DNA of 64,000 nucleotides from Veleropilina oligotropha (Eukaryota): NCBI GenBank assembly GCA_048128005.1, contig JBEUKZ010000018.1, positions 186,001 to 250,000 of the forward strand, read 5' to 3'. Shown piece by piece: positions 52,588 to 61,520 of this stretch (position 1 is its first letter; each line of letters starts with the position of its first letter). The notes under the pieces were generated by a model. It saw only the letters and a program-made list of their open reading frames with translations, ran no database searches and was not told where the DNA came from. The position numbers and the translations under genes were made by a program.

Positions 52588-53004
52588 TTATATGAATATA
52601 TAGTTGCCCGATATTAAAGTACAATTACAGGGTGAGATGTGTCCGACTTTTCTCCACATACCGAAGCAGCCCGTAGATAACATGGAGAAATAATGCCCAC
52701 GTTTACCGTGACATAAGGACGGCTCAGCGCACTCAATACACACAACGATATTAGGATCTGGGCCACAATCGTTCTCTCCATCGGTAATGAAATAGTGACA
52801 TGACGGTGCCCGCACTGGAGGTGGGTCTCGTAGCAAGTTTCTTCGCAAGTGATCGAATCGGGGGTTATACAGGGGGTCGTTGCGGTACCTAGCCCACGTG
52901 TGTTCGAGAATTAATGCAGTGTCACGCGACGACGCCTGGGTGGTACCCCACGCGGCAAAGCACACCGCGACAGTGCACAGTAGCATAGATTTCATGGATT
53001 TCAT
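52588..53004 (-). CDS. Small secreted Cys-rich viral accessory protein
   Basis: Signal-peptide-like N-terminus (MLLCTVAVCFAAWGTTQA), 8 Cys in the C-terminal half, TATA-like TATTAAA just upstream on the minus strand. Confidence 0.7.
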   Translation of the reverse strand: MKSMKSMLLCTVAVCFAAWGTTQASSRDTALILEHTWARYRNDPLYNPRFDHLRRNLLRDPPPVRAPSCHYFITDGENDCGPDPNIVVCIECAEPSLCHGKRGHYFSMLSTGCFGMWRKVGHISPCNCTLISGNYIFI

Positions 53005-53086
53005 GGTTGTCCAGATACCACTGTCGATTTCTAGCTTTAATACGGGGGAGGAGCGGGGTAGTCGTGGCTACGCCCAACCTGGATAG

Positions 53087-53722
53087 TTAGTCGCCAGCTC
53101 CGATTTTTTTCAGCAGCTCTGCGCGACCCTCTTTACGGCCACGCTCAATAAGCTCGCTTTGGGTCTGTGAAATCGCGGTGTGCGCCTTCCTACTCTTATC
53201 CCGGATTGATGCCTTCATGGCTTGATATTTCTCCATCTCCCCTGTGACCAGTTGGAATTCATCATCAGACATCACCCCGTCCGATAATGCCTTTGAGACG
53301 TGGTCGGTTATGGTATTCAGCTTGCTGTCGGCCAGGACTCGAATCTCGTCGTGTTTCTTAGCCTTCACCCCGAGGCGCCGGCTGATATACTTTCCACCCA
53401 TACTAGCGAGCCCACACCCTAATGCCGCTAGTTCCAGCACTAGGACGACCGGGGCGGCTACAATTGTGGACAGTAGACCAATTCCAGCGCTACCCATACC
53501 AAGTGTGGCGACGACTAGCCCGTTATCTATCCCGTCAACGACGTTAACACCTCGTCGGTACTTTTTATATAATGCAGCCCGTGTGTCCCTCTCTCGTTCT
53601 AATTGTCCCTGAAGCTCATTTACTTTCTGTAGTCGGAAGGACTGTGCCTCATGCAGTTCCGAAGGCACATCGCCACCAAGTTGTGGGTACAGCGTTGGCG
53701 CTGAGGGTTTGTTGTCCATCAT
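53087..53722 (-). CDS. Viral membrane/coiled-coil protein with N-terminal PSAP and LYPQL motifs (probable start MMDNKPSAP)
   Basis: Intact ORF, long central hydrophobic hairpin flanked by helical charged regions; ATG overlaps the upstream stop (ATGA). Confidence 0.8.
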   Translation of the reverse strand: MMDNKPSAPTLYPQLGGDVPSELHEAQSFRLQKVNELQGQLERERDTRAALYKKYRRGVNVVDGIDNGLVVATLGMGSAGIGLLSTIVAAPVVLVLELAALGCGLASMGGKYISRRLGVKAKKHDEIRVLADSKLNTITDHVSKALSDGVMSDDEFQLVTGEMEKYQAMKASIRDKSRKAHTAISQTQSELIERGRKEGRAELLKKIGAGD

Positions 53723-54069
53723 ACGTGGCTGTATTGTTCCGCCTGTTTGTTTAAAATGTCTACTGTAACGTTCAAATACAGAGTGCCGACCCACGGGGCC
53801 TTGATGACAAAGGCGAGGGTTAACTTATCCGAATCCAGGCTGAGTTTACTTATGGAACATGCCTTGGGGCCCCCGGCCGGCTGGACCGGCGTCAGGTGGA
53901 TCATTAGAAGGGCTGGGTTCAACCCGAACCGCCTTCTAGTGTTTGGAAACATGAACTCCCTCCTCGCCAGCCCCTTATTGGGCGCTACCCCACAATTAAG
54001 GACAAAGTGCCACCGGGTCGGGGGGGAAGAGGGCTCATCTGCCCGCAGGGTCCCATAGATGCTGCTCAT
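53719..54069 (-). CDS. Viral hypothetical protein, 116 aa
   Basis: ATGA overlaps with both the penton stop and the downstream start, which favours this frame over the + strand ORF. Confidence 0.65.
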   Translation of the reverse strand: MSSIYGTLRADEPSSPPTRWHFVLNCGVAPNKGLARREFMFPNTRRRFGLNPALLMIHLTPVQPAGGPKACSISKLSLDSDKLTLAFVIKAPWVGTLYLNVTVDILNKQAEQYSHV

Positions 54070-54806
54070 TGTATCGCAAGGACTGCGGTAATGGGCATGC
54101 CGTGATTGTCTAGCAGGTTACTGTCTGCGTCTGTGACGTACACCTTCAACTCTGTGATTAGCCCGGCCTGTAGTCGCCGGCCGGCGGGATAGCTATGATA
54201 GTGGCCAGCTTCACCGAACATCTGCGACGTGATAGGGACCACCGCGAGAATAGTGCTCGGGGCGCCGTCCTGCACATTGTGCGTTGTACTAAGCTGCTCC
54301 AGGTGAACGTGCAGGGTTGGCGCTATGGCAAACCCGACAGGCTTATTCCCGTCATAAGTCCCAGGGCGTAGCCACTCGGATCTCTCCGGAGGGGGAGGTG
54401 GTTGGCCCTGTACTCCCCGAACCGGTGGGTTCAGATTCCCTGCTTTATCGAGAATAAACGAAGACAGGTTTAAGCCGAGGAGTTTTCGTATATCGTCGCT
54501 TATCGCGAGTCGAGTCCCCTCTGGGACCACGATTCGGGCGAGCCCTGTAGCATGGCTTACATCTAGCTGTATGTTAACTAGCGACCTCTTCATCGTCTTG
54601 GCGAGGTCATCGAAGCTGTAGAAACCTGGTGCCACGTCGACCGTGGTATCCGGGGTCTTAAAGAAGGCTCCGGCATGCACATTGTGCCAGCCTACCCAAT
54701 AGTCGAGCGACTGCAAGCTGACACATAGCTTGCCGTCCCGGTTATCAATCGGCTCCAGGAGGGCAACCGCGGTCCCCTCTTGAACGTTTGTTAATGTGTG
54801 AAACAT
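54066..54806 (-). CDS. Minor capsid protein (penton, single jelly-roll)
   Basis: Polinton penton pattern: PGFYSF, LHVHLEQL..N..DG..STILAVVP, ITELKVYVTD...LLDNHGMPITAVL. Confidence 0.8.
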   Translation of the reverse strand: MFHTLTNVQEGTAVALLEPIDNRDGKLCVSLQSLDYWVGWHNVHAGAFFKTPDTTVDVAPGFYSFDDLAKTMKRSLVNIQLDVSHATGLARIVVPEGTRLAISDDIRKLLGLNLSSFILDKAGNLNPPVRGVQGQPPPPPERSEWLRPGTYDGNKPVGFAIAPTLHVHLEQLSTTHNVQDGAPSTILAVVPITSQMFGEAGHYHSYPAGRRLQAGLITELKVYVTDADSNLLDNHGMPITAVLAIQ

Positions 54807-54813
54807 AGTAGCT

Positions 54814-56097
54814 ATGGCTAAGAGCGCCTTTGCGTTTAATAGGAGTGCGGCCTATCCGACCGGTGTGGTGTACCCAGCAAAGATCAAAGATGAGCAGCTT
54901 ACGAGACCAAGCATCAATGTGGGTAATAGCTCAACCACTACATTCGGGGCAACATACCCTGACGTCTTTCAGAAATACCGCCTCCCTCATGTCGCTAGTG
55001 ACGGGCTGATAAGGGATTGGAACAGCACGCCGATGAGGTTCTGGCAGAACAAGGTCAATTTCGCAGTTTGGTGTGCCACAACAGGTTCCGGAATCTCCTC
55101 AGAAGACCACTTAAATGCGACCGACCCCCTCTCCACTGCTGTATTCACCTTCCACGTCTACTATCAGGTCAGACGAATCTTATCCGAAATTCAGGCGCCG
55201 CTGCCACAGGACCGGACGTGGGATGCATTCGACAACCCGTATGACCGCAGGGCATATGAGAAGATCTGCAGCGAATTTGGGGTGTCTCCCCATACCGACT
55301 GGCGTGTCAAGGGTCCCAACGGCGGACTAGGCACCGCTTACAGCTACTGGACGAACAACGGCTACCACCCCATCGGACGTGACTATGATCCAAGCCGAAT
55401 GTCCTTCACCAAAGGTACGACCAACACGAATCTGCACGTGGACTACATCGCGCAAGCGCCTGCACTTAAAAACGGTTGGGCTACTTTTATTCTGGACAGG
55501 TCGGTGGGATTCACGAGGGCCGGCGTGGAAAGGCTCAATGATTCCATCAGGACCTACGTCTGGGCTATTCTTGGAGCGCAGGCTCAAACGCGTGCAAGTA
55601 TTCTGGGTAGTGGGACGGCGTTTGACGCACAGAAACAGTTCCTGGCGAACGTGGAAGACGCCATCGCATCCCCCGTTGACCTCCCAGCAGCCATCAAACG
55701 GTACCAAGAGGTGCTCCAGTATGCGAGGTCCAAAGTGGACTTCGTATTCGGCGTTGGCCTGTACATGGCGCCAAGTAACATGCTTCTACGGATCGGGCAG
55801 GTGGCTGGTTATAACAATGAGATCGTCGTCGCCACGGAAGACCAGACACTCGGTCTTAATACTACGGTGAACGCGGCCAATCCTGTGCCGCCCAACGCCA
55901 CTGGGGATACTGGAGAAACAGGACTGGTTATTCCACAAGACGCAGATGCAAGCATACCGGTAGTTACTCCGAAGCATCGTGGCTCTCTGCCGGCTGTGGC
56001 AGCTGTTTCAGCTGGGGCAACCAAACATGACGAGGAGAAAACCGCACTTATCGTGGGCGGCATTGTCGTTGGCCTAGCGTTCATTTGGCTTACGTGA
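54814..56097 (+). CDS. Viral protein of unknown function, 427 aa, C-terminal membrane anchor
   Basis: Intact ORF with WQNKVNFAVWCATTG motif and hydrophobic tail ALIVGGIVVGLAFIWLT. Confidence 0.8.
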   Translation: MAKSAFAFNRSAAYPTGVVYPAKIKDEQLTRPSINVGNSSTTTFGATYPDVFQKYRLPHVASDGLIRDWNSTPMRFWQNKVNFAVWCATTGSGISSEDHLNATDPLSTAVFTFHVYYQVRRILSEIQAPLPQDRTWDAFDNPYDRRAYEKICSEFGVSPHTDWRVKGPNGGLGTAYSYWTNNGYHPIGRDYDPSRMSFTKGTTNTNLHVDYIAQAPALKNGWATFILDRSVGFTRAGVERLNDSIRTYVWAILGAQAQTRASILGSGTAFDAQKQFLANVEDAIASPVDLPAAIKRYQEVLQYARSKVDFVFGVGLYMAPSNMLLRIGQVAGYNNEIVVATEDQTLGLNTTVNAANPVPPNATGDTGETGLVIPQDADASIPVVTPKHRGSLPAVAAVSAGATKHDEEKTALIVGGIVVGLAFIWLT

Positions 56098-57403
56098 CCC
56101 ACTGTCTAGCGGCAATAAGAAGCAAGCCCCCAACTGATATGACCAGTGCCCATAGGTTTTCAGCGAGCCACGATGCTGTCTTGCCAATCAGGTTGATTAG
56201 CCAGGAGACCAGGCTTCCAAGTATTCCTGGGAGCACGGCTGCGGCCTTCCCTGCTAGCTTGCCCAGAATCCGACCCAGGGTCTTCAGCTGCTTTTTTACC
56301 CACTCCTTGACCCCGCCCTGACCACTGGGAGGTGGTGGTGGCGTTGGCGGGCTTGTTGCTCCACCTGTCAGGGCTAGTACCAAAGTCGAGATGGCGAGCC
56401 CGATAGCGGTCAGTATTGTTGCGATCGTGACCCCTTGCTCGCGGAACAGGGTCCGGATACGCTCGGCCAGCGTTGTGTCGGTGTTCAGGATCCGACTTAT
56501 CATCTCTCGGATCCGGCTGATTTGAGAGCGAAGGGCCTCCCGGCTTGATGATGCTGCCTCTAGGCGAGCTGCTCTTTCATCATTCAGGTCGCGCAGACGT
56601 TCCGCGATCCGTCGACGGATGAACTCATCCACACCGCCCGCTTCATCTGCCTGATCGAGCTTCATCTTCTCCAGCTCTATGTGTTCATCCAGCGCCGTTA
56701 GCTTGGCTAAGTTGTTCGTGAGTTCGCCTCGGATGGTCTGCATCGCCTTATCAAGCCCACGAAGCTCACGAAGATTTAATGGAGGGTCCCCCATTGTGCC
56801 TAAGATCTCTTCAACCTCGGTATCAGTGAATTTCGTCTCCATCGTGTGGATTGCTACCGAGGCATCAGTAGCAGTCTGCCCCAAATCCTGAAGTTCCATA
56901 GTGTCGACATTGGCGGCCGCACCGCTCAACTCAGTGTCGGCTGCCTGAAGAACTGCAACCGCTTTTGAGGCCAGCTTTTTTTCCCCCCGCGTCCAGTGTA
57001 CAAAACCCAACCCTTCACGGATTGCATCACCCCCACCAGGCCGGCCAGCTATTGTTGACAACGCCAAGGGGTTGCCGGTGCGAGAATTTATGAGATTGAT
57101 GTCGGGGTAGTCCGTCATCACCAATTTCCCCCCCCTCCCTAATTTTCCCCTCACATACTTGAATTTTGAATAATCTCGCCCCGTGGCTGGGGTCTGCCCC
57201 TCCTGTGCCAGGGCTTTGTAGTAGTCGTCAACCACGCCCTGAACGAGCTCTTGCTGAAGACTGCTGGTTCCTTCCTGTGGCCGTTCCGAAAGAACAGGCA
57301 TAAACCGGTCGGTGGATAGATCCACATCAGTATCGTCGATGATGGTATCATCGTTGTCGATGAGATCGTCCGGCTCGAATGCGGGGTTCTCGAATTCCGC
57401 CAT
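56090..57403 (-). CDS. Viral coiled-coil protein with C-terminal hydrophobic and amphipathic helices, 437 aa
   Basis: Acidic N-terminus, long heptad region, TM segment VTIATILTAIGLAISTLVLAL, poly-Pro hinge, cationic amphipathic helix, terminal TM. Confidence 0.82.
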   Translation of the reverse strand: MAEFENPAFEPDDLIDNDDTIIDDTDVDLSTDRFMPVLSERPQEGTSSLQQELVQGVVDDYYKALAQEGQTPATGRDYSKFKYVRGKLGRGGKLVMTDYPDINLINSRTGNPLALSTIAGRPGGGDAIREGLGFVHWTRGEKKLASKAVAVLQAADTELSGAAANVDTMELQDLGQTATDASVAIHTMETKFTDTEVEEILGTMGDPPLNLRELRGLDKAMQTIRGELTNNLAKLTALDEHIELEKMKLDQADEAGGVDEFIRRRIAERLRDLNDERAARLEAASSSREALRSQISRIREMISRILNTDTTLAERIRTLFREQGVTIATILTAIGLAISTLVLALTGGATSPPTPPPPPSGQGGVKEWVKKQLKTLGRILGKLAGKAAAVLPGILGSLVSWLINLIGKTASWLAENLWALVISVGGLLLIAARQWVT

Positions 57404-57439
57404 TTGAATACATCAGTGGGATACGCATCTAATTCAGCC

Positions 57440-58741
57440 ATGACTAGCGTATACGGACGCAAGCTTAATCCATACCGCAGGCTGCGTGAGCCCCTCGCGG
57501 TCAAGGGCATCCGCCAGTCGGTCACGATTACAAACAATCCATCAACGATTGCCCCGAACCAGCAGCTCCTGGTTCGGTTCCCTAATCTCGGGGCGAATGA
57601 CGTGATCGTTCCAGGGACTGCCCACCTTGCATTTACCATCTCTCTGACCTCGGTAAATGCGAATAGGACTGTAGTGCAAAATATCGGCCGTGCCGTGATC
57701 AGAAAGACCACGATAAAGATAAGTGGAAACGAGATCATGTCGATTGACGACTCCGACGTGTACCACTGCTACTGCGATCTCTGGAAGACCACAGGGGAGC
57801 GCAAGAACGCCCAGTACCAGGGGATTGATACCAGCGATGGACACAACACTACGAAGCATCGTGTTGGTGCGGCAGACGCCTTCAGACTGTCTGAGGATGT
57901 CGCGGTCGCGGCCGCGTACGGTAACCGATTCCGCATCCCGCTGGATTTCGAGCTGTTGGAAAGTCACATGCCATTCTATCAAAGCGCCCTTGGAGACCGT
58001 CTCGAGTATGAGCTAACGTTCAACGACTACTCCCGGACTATCCGGGAGACGGACGACTCCGGTTCCAGCTATTCCATCGACAATATATCCCTCGAATATG
58101 ACATGGTAACCCAATCCGAGCTTGCCAGACGGATTCGAAATCAATACCAGGGTCAACTCGTAATCCTGTACGACCGTGTTCTCCGGCATCGGAAGCTCAC
58201 CCTAGACAAGAGCGACTCGTTGTGGAATATGAATGTGAACGTACCGGCGAGGTCGATGAAAGGAATACTACTGTTGTTCGAGGACCCTGCGAGAGACGCC
58301 GCGCCATTCTCTCGCGATACTGAGGCCTTCTATAATCCGAAGATCACAAAGGTCGAGGTCACAATCGAGGGTGTCCCGAATCAAATCTACAGCCAGGGCA
58401 TGCGAACATACCAGATCTGGGAAGAAGCCAAGAAAATGTTCGCCTCCGGCTGCAGCAAGCGGCATCCTGAGGTCGCGATGGTCGCAAAGGACTTGGAGAT
58501 GGCAGACGTCACCCTGGGCGAATTTCTGACTAAGAAATTTGCGCTCTGGATCGATATGCGGGTAACTGACGACGATCAGTTGCACGGGTCAGGCCGGAGG
58601 GTCGAGAACGCCAGCGAAGGCATTACTATTCAGATCACTAAAACAGCCGAAGCGGCCGGTCCACTGAACGTCTACGAGTTCGTGATCATGGACGCACAGC
58701 TGAATATCGAGAATGGCCGATTCGTCGAAGCACTGTACTAA
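57440..58741 (+). CDS. Major capsid protein (double jelly-roll, inferred)
   Basis: About 433 aa beta-rich ORF from ATG 57440 directly upstream of the packaging ATPase; MCP-like segments KTTIKISGNEIMSI, FRIPLDF, LEYELTF, ISLEYD, KVEVTIEG, FALWIDMR. Confidence 0.82.
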   Translation: MTSVYGRKLNPYRRLREPLAVKGIRQSVTITNNPSTIAPNQQLLVRFPNLGANDVIVPGTAHLAFTISLTSVNANRTVVQNIGRAVIRKTTIKISGNEIMSIDDSDVYHCYCDLWKTTGERKNAQYQGIDTSDGHNTTKHRVGAADAFRLSEDVAVAAAYGNRFRIPLDFELLESHMPFYQSALGDRLEYELTFNDYSRTIRETDDSGSSYSIDNISLEYDMVTQSELARRIRNQYQGQLVILYDRVLRHRKLTLDKSDSLWNMNVNVPARSMKGILLLFEDPARDAAPFSRDTEAFYNPKITKVEVTIEGVPNQIYSQGMRTYQIWEEAKKMFASGCSKRHPEVAMVAKDLEMADVTLGEFLTKKFALWIDMRVTDDDQLHGSGRRVENASEGITIQITKTAEAAGPLNVYEFVIMDAQLNIENGRFVEALY

Positions 58742-59345
58742 ACGATTTCCGCACACCAAGGACCCCCACTCCGCAATCATCTGCGGCCAGACGGGCTGTG
58801 GGAAGACGGTTTTCATGCTTGAACTGCTGGAAGGGGAGTATCGAGGCGTCTTCCGGCATATCGTGGTCCTCTGCCCCACGATCAAGTACAACAAAGCATA
58901 CCAGTCTTGTCCGTGGATCTGGACCGACCCTGAGGTGTATTTAGTCCCCCCGGGTGAGCGACTCCATGACTGGCTGCGGGGGTTCTACCGACTGTTTCAG
59001 GGGGAATCAACTCTGTACATAATCGACGACTGCGCCGCGAGCAAGGCTATGGCAAAGAGGAGGGACATGCTGCCTTTGTTGGCCTTCAGCGGCAGGCATG
59101 CTTCCCAGAGCGTATGGGTAGTGACGCAAAAGTACAACTCGGTCTTGAAGGAGCTCAGAGAGCAGACCCGCTGGGTCGCGCTGTTCCATTGCAAGGACCG
59201 CGACAGTTTCGAGGACTGTCTGCGCGAGAACGATGTAATCCCGTCGCAGGATGAACGGACCGCGGTTCGCAGGCTGTTGACCGAGACACGACACGCTAAG
59301 CTTCTGTTGAAAACTGATCAGCCCGTTGCTTATAGTGTGCTGTAG
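58713..59345 (+). CDS. A32/FtsK-like genome packaging ATPase
   Basis: Walker A GQTGCGKT, Walker B YIIDD, GRH motif, VVTQ sensor and LREQ arginine-finger region. Confidence 0.92.
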   Translation: MADSSKHCTKRFPHTKDPHSAIICGQTGCGKTVFMLELLEGEYRGVFRHIVVLCPTIKYNKAYQSCPWIWTDPEVYLVPPGERLHDWLRGFYRLFQGESTLYIIDDCAASKAMAKRRDMLPLLAFSGRHASQSVWVVTQKYNSVLKELREQTRWVALFHCKDRDSFEDCLRENDVIPSQDERTAVRRLLTETRHAKLLLKTDQPVAYSVL

Positions 59346-59376
59346 CAAGCTGTAGTCTACTGAGCATCTACCCAGC

Positions 59377-60138
59377 ATGTCGGACGCGGTATACATAGCT
59401 TTTGCTTTCAGCCAGAGCCTGATCTTGTTGCTACTCGTAACGTTGTGGTATTGGCATTATCGCTATATTAGACTGGCGAGGAGATGTTGGAAACGCTTAA
59501 GGATGGACAGCCTCATCGATCAACTCATGGATGACGAGGAAGAAACGACCGTGAGCAGCAGCTCACCCCGCTCGACGACCAAACGCTGCTCGCAGCACGA
59601 GGAACCTGAAACTGGCTCCATAGGGATGGCAAAGAAACGGGAGAGGCTTGCAGCATTAGCCGTTGGAGGACAGGCCCACCGATACATGGGGCGTAACCTC
59701 ACAGTGGACCGAATCGACGATATGACTGACGACGAGGTTGAGAAACACCACGCACGGTATGAAGCGAAGCTAGGTGCTGACATGACGAAGACCCTCGGGG
59801 CCGCTGCTATACAGCTGTATGCGGGTGCAGCTGGGATGTTCCTGCCCATTCCACCAGCAAACCAGCTACGACTGATCGCCGACCTCGAGGCCGACCCGTT
59901 CATCTCACATGCCCTGACCACTGCAAGCTGTGAGCTGTATTATAAATATGGCATGTACCTCGCACCGCTGACCGCAGCGTTGACCACGGCTAAGCACTGC
60001 CAATTTGGACATGTTTGCCCGCCTAAGATACCAGATCAAGATGACAACGCCGGAAGTGGACCAAGTGATCGAGAGACAGCCGATCGAGAGCCCGCCGATA
60101 GAGAGGGTGACTTCTTCGACGGACTCATCAGTGAGTAA
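59377..60138 (+). CDS. Viral hypothetical protein (alternative start at 59503)
   Basis: Intact ORF within the co-oriented gene run; optional N-terminal TM segment. Confidence 0.7.
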   Translation: MSDAVYIAFAFSQSLILLLLVTLWYWHYRYIRLARRCWKRLRMDSLIDQLMDDEEETTVSSSSPRSTTKRCSQHEEPETGSIGMAKKRERLAALAVGGQAHRYMGRNLTVDRIDDMTDDEVEKHHARYEAKLGADMTKTLGAAAIQLYAGAAGMFLPIPPANQLRLIADLEADPFISHALTTASCELYYKYGMYLAPLTAALTTAKHCQFGHVCPPKIPDQDDNAGSGPSDRETADREPADREGDFFDGLISE

Positions 60139-60532
60139 AAAGGACCCGAAAAAAGTGGCTGCAGGGAGGGCCGGCGCTGCTGCTCGAAAAGCCAAGCAGG
60201 AGAAGCTACTGGCCGCGGTTCGAAAAATGAAAGAAGACATGAGTGCCCCAACAAGTGTTGTCGTTCCATCAGAACAGCCCGGGGAGGCGGTTCCAGCTGC
60301 AGAAAGACCGCGTGCGCCAGATACACGGAAATCGGACCTATTTAATTGGACCCAGGTAGCCGTCGCTGCCGGTACGGTTGCGTTGGTATTTGTTGTCTGG
60401 AAGACGTCCTCAGAACGCAGCAACCCTGGTCCATCCACACCACATCAACAGCCACCAGACGCGGACGCTCGGTGCTCTCGGGCCGCCCCCACTATCGAAT
60501 TGAAGAAGCAGAACCCTTTTCATATGCAATAG
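60041..60532 (+). CDS. Viral hypothetical protein with basic helix and single TM segment
   Basis: KKDPKKVAAGRAGAAARKAK basic motif; VAVAAGTVALVFVVW hydrophobic segment; overlaps the preceding ORF. Confidence 0.68.
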   Translation: MTTPEVDQVIERQPIESPPIERVTSSTDSSVSKKDPKKVAAGRAGAAARKAKQEKLLAAVRKMKEDMSAPTSVVVPSEQPGEAVPAAERPRAPDTRKSDLFNWTQVAVAAGTVALVFVVWKTSSERSNPGPSTPHQQPPDADARCSRAAPTIELKKQNPFHMQ

Positions 60533-60557
60533 TCGCAAACGGTACTAATCAACAGTT

Positions 60558-60797
60558 ATGACTACCCCAATCACTGATGGAAAGATGCTCGGCAACGCTG
60601 TATACCACGCCGCTATAGTGTCAGGCCTCGCCATTGGCTACGCACGCCTGACAAAGATGGTATTCAAGGGAGCGAGCCCCAAACTGGACTTCACGGGCTA
60701 CGATGTCGGGATGGTCGTCCTCGACGTAGCGCTCGCCATGGCGACGAAAGACATGCTGATCAAGCAAGGCATCATTCCGGCCGATATATTGAAGTAG
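60558..60797 (+). CDS. Small hydrophobic viral protein, 79 aa
   Basis: Intact ORF filling the gap between neighbours; two amphipathic/hydrophobic helices. Confidence 0.7.
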   Translation: MTTPITDGKMLGNAVYHAAIVSGLAIGYARLTKMVFKGASPKLDFTGYDVGMVVLDVALAMATKDMLIKQGIIPADILK

Positions 60798-60828
60798 TGG
60801 GACCTTGCTAGATAATCGCAGCATTTCA

Positions 60829-61257
60829 ATGGCTTCCATTGCGATGCTGGTTGGGGGCGCTCTCGTCAACGCCCTCGCCTTCAGCGGCTCCAACTTCCTC
60901 TTCTCGAAGCTACGCAGCTCCGGTGTCGATGCGGAGCGTAAACGCCACGACATTGCTGTAGAACAGCTCAACGCTGCTCGGACTAAATGGTCCCAGAAGC
61001 GGGCAGAGCGTCTCGATTGGCTGAACGTTGAACTTCGCCGCCAGGGTCATGCCGTTGGCACATTCCGGGATGTTGACGCCGCGATCCGTGAGTATGCATT
61101 GATCACCGGCAAGAACCTTGACCCCGGCCTGGGGGGTGGCCCTGAGCCCGCCCTGTCTGACTACTACACACCGAGCGATGGCCAGAAGGGACGTGAGATC
61201 ACCTTCATCATCCTGGGGATGGCTGCGACCGGGTTGGTCGCCTACAAGCTCGCCTAA
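60829..61257 (+). CDS. Viral protein with hydrophobic N- and C-termini and central coiled coil
   Basis: MASIAMLVGGALVNALAFSGSNFLF..; C-terminal ITFIILGMAATGLVAYKL. Confidence 0.75.
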   Translation: MASIAMLVGGALVNALAFSGSNFLFSKLRSSGVDAERKRHDIAVEQLNAARTKWSQKRAERLDWLNVELRRQGHAVGTFRDVDAAIREYALITGKNLDPGLGGGPEPALSDYYTPSDGQKGREITFIILGMAATGLVAYKLA

Positions 61258-61298
61258 TTATTTCCAGTGGACATTTTTTTCGTGTGCCAGGTATAATA

Positions 61299-61520
61299 AT
61301 GGGGCTCCCAGAAGAGCTGTACTGCGCTATGCTTGCGGTCGGCTATAGTACTACGTTACTCAACTGCTGGCGCCGCGACGAAAAGACTATGGTGCGGTTC
61401 GCGGTCCTGGTGCTCTCGGGCCCGACCAACCTACGGGCGACGACTGCGCAGCGACCGGCTCCGGAAGCTGAAGCCTGTTGGAGACTGATCAGTTTACTGG
61501 AATACATTGCTGATGGATAG
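61299..61520 (+). CDS. Small viral hypothetical protein
   Basis: Short ORF whose end overlaps the integrase start. Confidence 0.4.
   Translation: MGLPEELYCAMLAVGYSTTLLNCWRRDEKTMVRFAVLVLSGPTNLRATTAQRPAPEAEACWRLISLLEYIADG

Noticed and set aside
53747..54058. + strand 103-aa ORF and other antisense ORFs in the virus and DIRS
   Set aside because: Shadow ORFs of GC-rich coding sequence; the opposite-strand frames carry the motifs and overlaps
57404..57439. Extra 12 N-terminal residues on the MCP in the ORF track
   Set aside because: Begins at TTG; ATG 57440 in good context is the more plausible start
60829..60870. Adenain-type cleavage site LVGG-A
   Set aside because: Motif too short to be significant and no adenain gene visible in the window
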